NCBI GenBank assembly: GCA_963676605.2
Contig: CAXXSP010000063.1
Coordinates: 26,182-90,181, forward strand
Length of the DNA stretch: 64,000 bases
Source: Sphaerochaetaceae bacterium
Lineage (GTDB): Bacteria; Spirochaetota; Spirochaetia; Sphaerochaetales; Sphaerochaetaceae
Reading direction: 5' to 3'
The position numbers were made by a program, and so were the translations under genes. The notes under the pieces were generated by a model that was not told the origin of the DNA, did not search any database, and was given only the letters and a program-made list of their open reading frames with translations. Below are positions 37,930-46,343 of the stretch, piece by piece (within the stretch, counting starts at the first letter, position 1; every line of letters starts with the position of its first letter).

Positions 37930-39030
37930 TCAGTTCAGGTCTGTGAAAGCCTCATGAACGAACACACCATCTTTACGGATGAGCTGTCCGTCCATATAGA
38001 TCTCCCCGCCCCCGTATTCAGGAGTCTGGATCTGAACAAGGTCCCAATGGATACCGCTGCGGTTTCCGTTATCACAGCTTGTGTAGGCATTACCGGGAGT
38101 AAAATGAATCGATCCTGCAATCTTCTCGTCAAAGAGCGTATTATCCATCGCCGAGGTTATGAACGGATTGCAGCCGAGAGCGAACTCTCCGAAATATCGG
38201 GCCCCCTCATCGGTATCGAGAATCTCATTCAGCCGCACTGAGTCATTGGCAGTCGCTTCAATGATCCTGCCGTTCTTAATCACGAATCTGACATCGGAGA
38301 AGGTAGTACCCTCGTAGGTGCTCACCGTATTGTAATGAATATATCCCTGTACAGAGTCCCTCACAGGAGCTGTATACACCTCTCCGTCCGGTATATTCCT
38401 TCTTCCTGAGCACTTGATGGCCGGCAGCCCCGCAATGGACATGGTGAGGTCGGTATCTTTTGCGATCACATGAACCTCTTTCGCCTCATTCATGAAGGCG
38501 ACAGCCCGATCCATCGAACGGGACATCTTCGCATAGTCGACACCGCTGGTCACGCGATAGAAATAGTCTGTGAATTCCTTCGAAGAGACGCCCGCCTGAG
38601 AAGCCATAAGAAGCGTAGGATACCTCAGGACAACCCACTTCGTATTCGCCACACGGCGATCATGGTGAACCGGCGTATTATAATAGGCAAGATAATCTCT
38701 CATAGGAGAGCCGATACCGCTCATCTCCTTGGGATTCACCACTCCGCGGATACCTATGAACGCATCCATTCTGTCCATCCTGTACGCATCGCTTTCCGCC
38801 ATGGAAGCGAAGGACTCTGCATTCCCGCCTTCGACAAGTGCACGCTCGATCGTGATACTGGTATAGTTCACTTCAGGGAAGCCCCCCTTGCGATACACCG
38901 CCGCGATCAATTCCTCTACCATGGAGGAAGGGACATCAACCGCATTGATCAGGCAACGCTCCCCCTCTTTCAATTCCACCGAATATCCTACGAGAAGCTC
39001 TGCGAGCTCCCTTTCTCTCGGATCACTCAT
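37930..39030 (-). CDS. M29-family aminopeptidase (AmpS/PepS type)
   Basis: LAELLVGYSVELKEGE..., C-terminal FGEFALGCNP and HWDLV motifs, 366 aa. Confidence 0.85.
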   Translation of the reverse strand: MSDPRERELAELLVGYSVELKEGERCLINAVDVPSSMVEELIAAVYRKGGFPEVNYTSITIERALVEGGNAESFASMAESDAYRMDRMDAFIGIRGVVNPKEMSGIGSPMRDYLAYYNTPVHHDRRVANTKWVVLRYPTLLMASQAGVSSKEFTDYFYRVTSGVDYAKMSRSMDRAVAFMNEAKEVHVIAKDTDLTMSIAGLPAIKCSGRRNIPDGEVYTAPVRDSVQGYIHYNTVSTYEGTTFSDVRFVIKNGRIIEATANDSVRLNEILDTDEGARYFGEFALGCNPFITSAMDNTLFDEKIAGSIHFTPGNAYTSCDNGNRSGIHWDLVQIQTPEYGGGEIYMDGQLIRKDGVFVHEAFTDLN

Positions 39031-39755
39031 AGCTGACTCCTTATACTGTCGATATCTTCAAGAGCATAGCTCATATACTGCTCTTTTACTCTGTCGTACA
39101 GGGTAAGTGAGAGTGCATAGAGCTGAAGCTCGTCATGCGCGGCTCCCCCGTACTGTGTGTCTCCTATAATGGGATATCCCGCCCAAGCAAGATGACTCCT
39201 TACCTGATGTCTGAACCCGTTCGTAAGTTTCGCCTGGAAACTGACGACCTCGCTGTCCACCCGGGACATGAGCACTTCCGTCGTATACTCACGCGTTCCT
39301 CCTTTCATCCGCGACGCCGTATGAGAAAGGTCTGTGACAGGACGAACTTCTTTCCGGCCTTTCCCCCATGGACGGAACCTGCTGGTGATCACTGTCGTTT
39401 CTCCCTCGCACAGTGGATGAGGGAAAGGAGGATAACCTTCCCCAGCCAAGGAGAACGTGCAGAGGGCGAGATACTCTTTGAGAATACGTTCACTTTTCTG
39501 CTGTGCCGAATAGTATGTAAAGCTCTCAGAGGTGCGCGCGAACATCACAACGCCCCGCGTAGCCGTATCAAGCCGGTGAAGGGTGTACCCCTCATGGGTT
39601 TCTCCCAGAACCTCAGGGAAGGAACGGGAAACAGCCGTCAGGAGAGAATCTCCTTCAGGAGCTCTCTTCAGAGGAACAGTCGGAAGACCATGGGGTTTTT
39701 CAACGATGAGGTATTCATCTGTCTGCGCGATCACCTGAAGCTTTTCTTCTCTCAT
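39027..39755 (-). CDS. RluA-family pseudouridine synthase
   Basis: EYLIVEKPHGLPT and the catalytic HRLDTATRGVVMFART motif. ATG at 39755 with GGAGAG RBS. 4-nt overlap with the aminopeptidase gene. Confidence 0.8.
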   Translation of the reverse strand: MREEKLQVIAQTDEYLIVEKPHGLPTVPLKRAPEGDSLLTAVSRSFPEVLGETHEGYTLHRLDTATRGVVMFARTSESFTYYSAQQKSERILKEYLALCTFSLAGEGYPPFPHPLCEGETTVITSRFRPWGKGRKEVRPVTDLSHTASRMKGGTREYTTEVLMSRVDSEVVSFQAKLTNGFRHQVRSHLAWAGYPIIGDTQYGGAAHDELQLYALSLTLYDRVKEQYMSYALEDIDSIRSQL

Positions 39756-39816
39756 TACTCTCCACTCTACCAAAATCGCTTTCATAGTTACAGTCATTTG
39801 TGTATACTTTCTCAGT

Positions 39817-40797
39817 ATGCAGACGATTCCGATAAATACCTATAATTCACCCACCATCATACTCGAGCTGATCTACCGCCTGAAAGTGAAAGATGTCATG
39901 ACGAGGAACCTCCACGCGGTGACAAGAAACGCCACTATGAGGGAAGTGCAGCACCTGATGAGAGAGAAGTCTATCACAGGAGTCCCGGTTGCCGCGGACA
40001 CAAGGCTGATCGGAATCGTGAGCATGGATGATATCATCCAGGCGCTCGACAAGGGGCACATTGAAGATAAGGTCGAATCACATATGAGCAAGAACCTTAT
40101 CGTCCTTGAAGAGGATATGCCTGTCAGTTTCGCGATCAGTTATTTCGACAGGTACCGGTACCACCGTCTTCCAGTTCTCTCGAAGAACAAGGAACTCGTA
40201 GGCATCGTCACCACCCGTGATATCACGACACGCCTGTTGTGGGAGATCAACCGCGAGGTGGAGAACATGGAGCGGATGAATCAGGAAACACGGGTCGGCA
40301 TCGACGGAATGACCAAGGAGGTAACCTCCTTTGCCATCATGAAACATGATTTCGAAAATGCGGGATTCGCTTCGACAGAGATAAAGAAACGCCTCAAGAA
40401 GACAGGGCTCTTCCCCAGAACTATCCGTAAAGCCGCTATCGCAAGCTATGAGCTTGAGATCAATCTTGTTGTCCATTCGGACGGCGGACGGATCACTGCC
40501 GAGTACGGGCCAGAGGAAGTGACCATCACGAGTGAGGACCGGGGACCTGGAATTCCCGATGTTGACAAGGCTCTCCAGAAAGGATATTCCACAGCCAACG
40601 AATGGATCCGTTCCCTCGGTTTCGGGGCAGGTATGGGATTGCCGAATGTGAAGAGTGTCAGTGACAGCTTTAATATCTCAAGCACTCCCCATGGAACTGT
40701 CGTCGTCTCCACGATACGGTTCAGTGATAAGGAAATCGAATTAATGAACGCGCCTCAGAAGGAGAACAGCGATGAAACAGATAGCACAGGTAGCTGA
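39817..40797 (+). CDS. CBS-pair protein fused to a GHKL (HATPase_c, anti-sigma/Ser-kinase-like) domain
   Basis: Two CBS motifs (VKDVMTRNLHAV...ITGVPV; HRLPVLSKNKELVGIVTTRDI). C-terminal EDRGPGIPD...GFGAGMGLPNV G-boxes. Confidence 0.75.
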   Translation: MQTIPINTYNSPTIILELIYRLKVKDVMTRNLHAVTRNATMREVQHLMREKSITGVPVAADTRLIGIVSMDDIIQALDKGHIEDKVESHMSKNLIVLEEDMPVSFAISYFDRYRYHRLPVLSKNKELVGIVTTRDITTRLLWEINREVENMERMNQETRVGIDGMTKEVTSFAIMKHDFENAGFASTEIKKRLKKTGLFPRTIRKAAIASYELEINLVVHSDGGRITAEYGPEEVTITSEDRGPGIPDVDKALQKGYSTANEWIRSLGFGAGMGLPNVKSVSDSFNISSTPHGTVVVSTIRFSDKEIELMNAPQKENSDETDSTGS

Positions 40798-41113
40798 AAA
40801 GCTCGGATACACCGTCATCACCATGCCGAATGCCGAGCGGAACGTATCGGGAGGATATACGGGAGACCTGCTCTCGGATGTGATGGGACATGCTGAAGAG
40901 GATGAGATCCTCATCACGATTCAGGGGCATAAGAACACCCTTGCCGTGGCATCTCTTCTCTCACTCAGTGCCATCATCCTCTGCAACGGACGCGAAGCGC
41001 TTCAGGATATGATCGATGCCGCCCAGGAAGAAGGAATAGCAATACTCCAGAGCGATGAGACCCAGTACCAGGTATCAGTCAGGCTGCATGAGGTGCTCAC
41101 AGAACTCTCATGA
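40772..41113 (+). CDS. DRTGG domain protein
   Basis: 113 aa with GDLLSDVMGHAEEDEILITIQGHKNTLAVASLLSLSAIILCNG pattern. Overlaps the upstream gene by 26 nt. Confidence 0.7.
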   Translation: MKQIAQVAEKLGYTVITMPNAERNVSGGYTGDLLSDVMGHAEEDEILITIQGHKNTLAVASLLSLSAIILCNGREALQDMIDAAQEEGIAILQSDETQYQVSVRLHEVLTELS

Positions 41114-41814
41114 GATTCACCATAGATCTCCACAACCATTCGTGTCTCAGTCCCTGCGCGGACGATGAATTCTACCCATCTCTTCTTGCTCTCGAAGCGA
41201 AAGACCGGGGGATAGATATGGTGGCTCTTACCGATCACAACGCGACAGATAACCTGCCGGCATTCCGGGACGCCTGCGAGCTTGTCGGGATCACGGGTGT
41301 GTACGGGCTTGAGATCACCACGGTGGAGGAAGTTCATCTTCTCGCTCTCTTCAAAACGGTGGAAGAGGCACAGCGGTTCTCTTCCATCATAACGGAGAGC
41401 CTCATCAAACACCCTCACAGCGCCCGTCTGTTCGGACGCCAGAGAATCGTCGATGTCGCATGCAATGAGACGGGAGTGCTTGATTATCTTCTGTACGGCC
41501 CCTCCACCTACACCTTCGAAGAACTCATCACGATGATCCTCTCCCACGGAGGACTCGCAATCCCCGCCCACATCGACCGGCCAAGCAACTCTGCTGTCGC
41601 CAACCTCGGCTTCCTTCCCGCCGAACCCTATTCCGCTATTGAGATGATGCGCCTCGATGAGAAGTATATCCAGGGTCCCTACCCTGTCATTCAGGGCTCA
41701 GACGCACATGCTCTGGCTCAGGTGGGACGGAGAACAAGCTATATTGAAGGTGAAGCTCCAGACTTCAGGAATCTTATCCTTGCGCTGGAGAAGAATCTGA
41801 TCACACACAGGTAG
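41110..41814 (+). CDS. PHP-domain metal-dependent phosphoesterase
   Basis: IDLHNHSCLSPCADDE, ALTDHN, AHIDRP and GSDAH motifs in PHP order. 4-nt overlap (ATGA) with the DRTGG gene. Confidence 0.8.
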   Translation: MRFTIDLHNHSCLSPCADDEFYPSLLALEAKDRGIDMVALTDHNATDNLPAFRDACELVGITGVYGLEITTVEEVHLLALFKTVEEAQRFSSIITESLIKHPHSARLFGRQRIVDVACNETGVLDYLLYGPSTYTFEELITMILSHGGLAIPAHIDRPSNSAVANLGFLPAEPYSAIEMMRLDEKYIQGPYPVIQGSDAHALAQVGRRTSYIEGEAPDFRNLILALEKNLITHR

Positions 41815-42375
41815 GGAACGCGTTCTCACATCTTCTCTGGCTCTGCTTTGATCACAGTTCTGCACACGTTTTCTTCTCTGCTTTTCCGGATTTCCACCCT
41901 TTTCGCCCCACATATTACACCAAAATGAAAAAAAGTTTTCTTACTATCTCTTTTCTATAAATATAGATAAGAAAATACTTTCCAAAACATTGTACTTTTT
42001 TATGGTCAAACTCTGATCAAAGATCGTCATTTCAGACGTCAGAACTTCGTCCACCTCTAACATATTCATGGTCAAAGTCTTATGTCACTTCTACCACTTT
42101 CCAGGTAGAAGTTTGATCAAAGAACCGCATATAGCGGCTTCTCATGCGGTTTCTCAATGTCATATCTCCTCTCTTACCACCGTTTTTCCCTGTGTCTCAT
42201 TTCTTCCGGATACTGTCCGATTCTCCAATTATTTATTACATCTGTCACATCGTAACCCCTTATTGTGTAACGATTTAGCACATTGACCGTTTCAGAATTC
42301 CAACGTATTCTATATATGTGATCAGGAAGATCACGGCGGTCAGAAAGACCGCTGATACCGACAAAGGAGTTTGAG

Positions 42376-42621
42376 ATGACAAAGTCAGTTCTGATTAAGA
42401 CAATCGTTCTCATCACACTGTTTCTTCTGACATTCTCAGCTCTCAGTGCTTCAGTCGTTGCTTCAAAGACTCTCACGATCTACGGAAGCATCTCAGAAAA
42501 AACCACTGTCAGCCTCGATGCTAACGGTCTTCCTGTTCTCACTTCCAACACCTTCGGCGCAGACATCGCTTCAACCGAGCTCAGCACCGATTCCTACCTC
42601 TTCGAGGTAACTGCTCCCTAA
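42376..42621 (+). CDS. small secreted protein, unknown function
   Basis: 81 aa with a clear signal peptide (LFLLTFSALSASVVA). AAAGGAG RBS 7 nt upstream and its own terminator. Confidence 0.55.
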   Translation: MTKSVLIKTIVLITLFLLTFSALSASVVASKTLTIYGSISEKTTVSLDANGLPVLTSNTFGADIASTELSTDSYLFEVTAP

Positions 42622-42653
42622 GAGACCAATCTTGAATACAGACGATATGATGC

Positions 42654-42678
42654 AGGTTCCTCCGGAACCTCTTTTTTT
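42654..42678 (+). terminator. rho-independent terminator
   Basis: AGGTTCC-TCC-GGAACCT stem followed by CTTTTTTT. Confidence 0.7.
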
Positions 42679-42822
42679 CGCCTTTACACCGTATGTTCCT
42701 ATATATAAGGCTACTTCCGCTCAGAAAAGAAACGAAGGAGCAGAGATCCACAGCATACATTGATCGAGAAGCACATGAAGGTCTTCCTCCTGATGAGCGC
42801 ACCATCATGTCCATACTTCAAA

Positions 42823-44717
42823 ATCGAGTAGGCGGGGGCCGTTAGGCCCCAACCTCTCACACCACCGTACGTGCCGTTCGGCATACGGCGGTTCAACCAA
42901 ACAGACTATTGTACCGCCAATCGAGTACAATACCGTCCTGTTCCATGCGTTTAGCATGGAGTTTTTCATAATATTCCACTGCATCCACAAGTCCATACTG
43001 TTTATGGATTAACTCATTTTTCATGAGTATCTTCACAGCATTTGACATCTTCCAGTACGAGTTGCTTCCAAGCTTCCATTTTGCCAGTTTCCATTCTTCA
43101 ATCCCCAGTTGCCTGAGCCGGTGTTTCCTGTTTCTGCCGTTCTTCCACTGTTTCCATAGATACTGACGGATTCGCCTCCGAATCCATCCCATGAGATCTT
43201 CATGGTAGCCCTTGATGAAGCTTCTAGCGAAATAACCAATCCATCCTCTCAAAACACTGTTGAGTTCCCTAATGACAACTTCTATGGCTACACCACGATT
43301 ACGTTTCGTGATGAGTCGTATCCGATCCTTAAGTTTCTTCAGTTTCTTTTCTTGAGGTCGGGTTATTCCAAGTCGACCTTTTTCCCCATCGGTTAGGAAT
43401 GTGAAGCCAAGGAAGGTTGAGCCTACGGCTCTCCTCGCTTCCGTCTTCTCCATGTTCACTGTCAGTTGTAATTTTCTTTCAAGGTAGCTTTTCGCATTGT
43501 CTCTCACTCGGTAAGATGATCTCTTACTCTTGGTGAATATGTTGCAGTCATCAGCGTATCTCACGAATTTCAATCCCCTCTTCTCCAGTTCCCTGTCGTA
43601 GGGAGTTAAATAGATGTTCGAGAGAAGCGGTGACAGTGGGCCTCCCTGTGGAGTCCCGAGGGCTGTCGCCATCATACTTCCGTTTGTCATCACTCCGCTT
43701 TTAAGAAATACGTAGATGAGTCTCCTCACGTCCTTATCATCCATGTACTTGTCTATCAGTCCCATGAGTATGTCATGATTCACTGTATCGAAGAACTTGG
43801 ACAGATCGAGATCGACTACGTGTTTGTAGCCCTCGGACATGTAGGTCTGGGCGAGTCGAACCGCATCTTCAGCACTCCGGTTCGGTCTGAAGCCGAAGCT
43901 GTGGTCACTGAATGTCGGTTCGAATACGGGGGTCAGTACCTGCACAAGAGCCTGCTGGATTACTCTATCCACTGCTGTGGGTATTCCAAGCAGACGTACA
44001 CCTCCATTATCTTTCGGTATCTCTCTTCGAAGTACCGGTTGAGGTTTGTACGTCCGTGTGACAATCTGTTCGCAAATTTCATTCCCATGTGCGTTAAAGT
44101 ACGCTGGGAGTTCATCAACTCCCATACCGTCAATGCCTGCAGAACCTCTGTTCTGCATCACCTTTTTCACCGCCTCATGGATGTTCGCGGAGGAAATCAG
44201 CTGTTCACACAGTACTGTGTTCGGTGTTGACCTGTCTTCCTTTCTCATAATTTCCTTTCCGTCTGTATCATCCCCTGTCCAGGCATATTGCCGTTCGGAT
44301 TCACAGACAGACCTTTCCTTTTCGAAAGGTATTTGGTTGTTCAGCCCTTCGTGACTGTTTCCTCAGTCACTACTACGGCTTCTGCTGACTTCTCCACATT
44401 CGTTGTTACTACGTCGTCATAAGCGATATTGCAGCCTCGTACGCTGTGGAGACCTCACGGGATAAGCCATCATTCTTTCCTCGTTTACCCACCCGATTTA
44501 CGCCCAAAGGTTATATTGTCTTTTGGATTTTACTGTATTTTGTCAGCTTGTCCCCTTTGGTCGCCTACTATCAGGTTTCTGTTCGTCAGGCCACGATTTC
44601 GCTATTGCTTCCTCTCTCCCACACCTCACGATGTGAAACTTGCAAGTCGCTATCGGGTTCGTTGACAACTACGCCCCTTGGGACTTTCACCCAAGAATGA
44701 TGACATGCCCGTCATAC
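42823..44717 (-). mobile_element. complete bacterial class C (IIC) group II intron, about 1.9 kb
   Basis: 5' end GUAUGACGGGCAUGUCAUC...GGGUGAAAGUCCC (domain I). RT/maturase ORF lies in domain IV. Domain V is AACCGCCGUAUGCCGAACGGCACGUACGGUGGUG. Domain VI is GAGAGG..GGGGCCUAACGGCCCC..CCU-A-CUC with a bulged A 7 nt from the proposed 3' end ...CUCGAU. Boundaries are good to a few nt. Confidence 0.85.
42893..44248 (-). CDS. group II intron reverse transcriptase/maturase (no endonuclease domain)
   Basis: RT blocks (GIDGM..., RLLGIPTAVDRVIQQAL, SFGFRPNRS, FVRYADDCNIF) and maturase X domain (LNSVLRGWIGYF), 451 aa. Confidence 0.95.
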   Translation of the reverse strand: MRKEDRSTPNTVLCEQLISSANIHEAVKKVMQNRGSAGIDGMGVDELPAYFNAHGNEICEQIVTRTYKPQPVLRREIPKDNGGVRLLGIPTAVDRVIQQALVQVLTPVFEPTFSDHSFGFRPNRSAEDAVRLAQTYMSEGYKHVVDLDLSKFFDTVNHDILMGLIDKYMDDKDVRRLIYVFLKSGVMTNGSMMATALGTPQGGPLSPLLSNIYLTPYDRELEKRGLKFVRYADDCNIFTKSKRSSYRVRDNAKSYLERKLQLTVNMEKTEARRAVGSTFLGFTFLTDGEKGRLGITRPQEKKLKKLKDRIRLITKRNRGVAIEVVIRELNSVLRGWIGYFARSFIKGYHEDLMGWIRRRIRQYLWKQWKNGRNRKHRLRQLGIEEWKLAKWKLGSNSYWKMSNAVKILMKNELIHKQYGLVDAVEYYEKLHAKRMEQDGIVLDWRYNSLFG

Positions 44718-44749
44718 AAAAAACCGCGGCACTGTTGAGTGCTGCGGTT
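44718..44749 (-). terminator. rho-independent terminator of the BI-1 gene and homing site of the intron
   Basis: On the minus strand: AACCGCAGCACU-CAAC-AGUGCCGCGGUU (12-bp stem, one A-C mismatch) then UUUUUU. The intron starts at the very next base. Confidence 0.75.
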
Positions 44750-44771
44750 CTGCGTGTCAGAAAAAGGTGCT

Positions 44772-45500
44772 TTATCGATTGCTCCCACGTCCGAATATTC
44801 TCAGAAGGAACAGGAATATGTTGATGAAATCAAGATAGAGCATCAGTGCACCGATGATAGAGAGCTTCACATACGTCTCTTCATCCATATCCATTCCGAT
44901 TTCATCATTCATTCTCTTTATCTTCTGGGTATCCCAGGCGGTTAGGCCGAGGAAGATGAAAACACCGAGATAGCTGATCATATAATAAAGGCCGGTGCTG
45001 CGGAAAAGCAGGTTCACCACAGAGGCTATGATGATACCCCACAGTCCCATGATCAGATAGTGTCCGATTCCGTCAAGATTCTTCTTCGTCACCATACCGT
45101 AGAAGCTCATTGAGCCGAACAGAAGTGCCGTGGTGAAGAATGCCCTGGAGATCGTAACTGCTGAATAGACATAGAGGATAAGAGAGAGTGAAATACCTGT
45201 GAGAATGGAATAGCCTGCAAAGGAGACCACTGCCGAAGTGGTACTCATCGTCTTCAGCCGTGCACTGAGGTACATAACCAGAGCCAGCTGCCCGATGACA
45301 ACAAACAGGAACGTGAATGTGCTTGAGAAGAAGAATCTCATCAGTGACTCACTTGATGCAATACCGTATGAGACAACGGCGGTCAGAGCAAGACCTGCGG
45401 TCATCCAGAGATAGACATTTCTGAGAAGTGTGTTCTCCCGTGCTTGTATGTTCGAGAGGAACGAAGATTGCATAATGGCCATAATGACTCCTTTATTCAA
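44772..45500 (-). CDS. BAX inhibitor-1/YccA family membrane protein
   Basis: 7 TM helices, LRNVYLWMTAGL N-terminal region and the charged C-terminal tail typical of BI-1/YccA. Confidence 0.85.
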   Translation of the reverse strand: MNKGVIMAIMQSSFLSNIQARENTLLRNVYLWMTAGLALTAVVSYGIASSESLMRFFFSSTFTFLFVVIGQLALVMYLSARLKTMSTTSAVVSFAGYSILTGISLSLILYVYSAVTISRAFFTTALLFGSMSFYGMVTKKNLDGIGHYLIMGLWGIIIASVVNLLFRSTGLYYMISYLGVFIFLGLTAWDTQKIKRMNDEIGMDMDEETYVKLSIIGALMLYLDFINIFLFLLRIFGRGSNR

Positions 45501-45594
45501 ATTGTATCTGATTAGAATTTCCTACTTTTTCTCTTTCTGGTCAAGCGAGTTGTCCCTACTTTTCTCATCATCCCCCTCATGATATAGTAAGGCC

Positions 45595-46299
45595 ATGAAT
45601 CGGCTCCTGCTTATCGTCCCCCTTTTCCTACTCCTCCTGATCACCTCCTGCCAGGCAACAAAGGTCGCAGAAACCTACACCAGCGAGGAGCTTGAGCTCG
45701 CCAGGCAGGGAATAGAGGAAATGGCAGTCCTTACAGCCCGCTCCGCGATAGCCTACCTTCCGAACAAGATAGAAGGTTTCACCCGGGAAGAACTGTTCAC
45801 TCCTGAAATTCTCTCACTTCTCACCCTATACCGGGATACTCCCGGTATAGAGAAGAGAGCAGGCACATGTGAGGATGCAATACGAAAAAGTCTGACCAGG
45901 TTTGTGAGGGAGAATTATGCTCACGTTGATGCTCTCATCCAGATTCCTGAGATAGAACAACCGTACTCCGTCATCAATGGGACAGCTGATGCAGTCACTG
46001 CTATCACGAGTACCCGATTTGTGAACCTCATCTCCTCCTCAGTGCAGAAATACCTGGAGGAGGATGAGAATCTGACCAGAGCAACTTCAGAACTTCTTTC
46101 AATACTCAATACCGCGATACGGATACAGGCATACAGAGACAACTCTCCTGTGCCTTCAGGGGTGCAGAGTATCCCGCTCACCGCAGCTATCGACTCGGCC
46201 CTTGCCGTCCTCTCGGCTTCCATGGCAGCCGAGGAGGAGGTCATCAGATCCCTCGCGATAAATTATGACTCTGCGGCAATCAGGCTCTTTGCGAGATAA
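45595..46299 (+). CDS. lipoprotein, unknown function
   Basis: Lipobox LLITSC. About 234 aa, helical-looking, no motif recognised. Confidence 0.6.
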   Translation: MNRLLLIVPLFLLLLITSCQATKVAETYTSEELELARQGIEEMAVLTARSAIAYLPNKIEGFTREELFTPEILSLLTLYRDTPGIEKRAGTCEDAIRKSLTRFVRENYAHVDALIQIPEIEQPYSVINGTADAVTAITSTRFVNLISSSVQKYLEEDENLTRATSELLSILNTAIRIQAYRDNSPVPSGVQSIPLTAAIDSALAVLSASMAAEEEVIRSLAINYDSAAIRLFAR

Positions 46300-46343
46300 T
46301 TCCCTGTTGTCCAGAATCACTCTGAAAGATATACTCTAAGTCT

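Noticed and set aside
41990-42125. Direct repeats as a possible degenerate CRISPR array
   Set aside because: There are only two copies each of 9- to 10-nt words at irregular spacing. There is no 24-40-nt repeat unit, no regular spacers and no cas genes in the window.
42893-44248. Reverse transcriptase as a retron, DRT or Abi-type defence RT
   Set aside because: The ORF has a maturase X domain and is embedded between canonical group II domain I and domain V/VI RNA sequences. It is therefore an intron-encoded protein, not a stand-alone defence RT.
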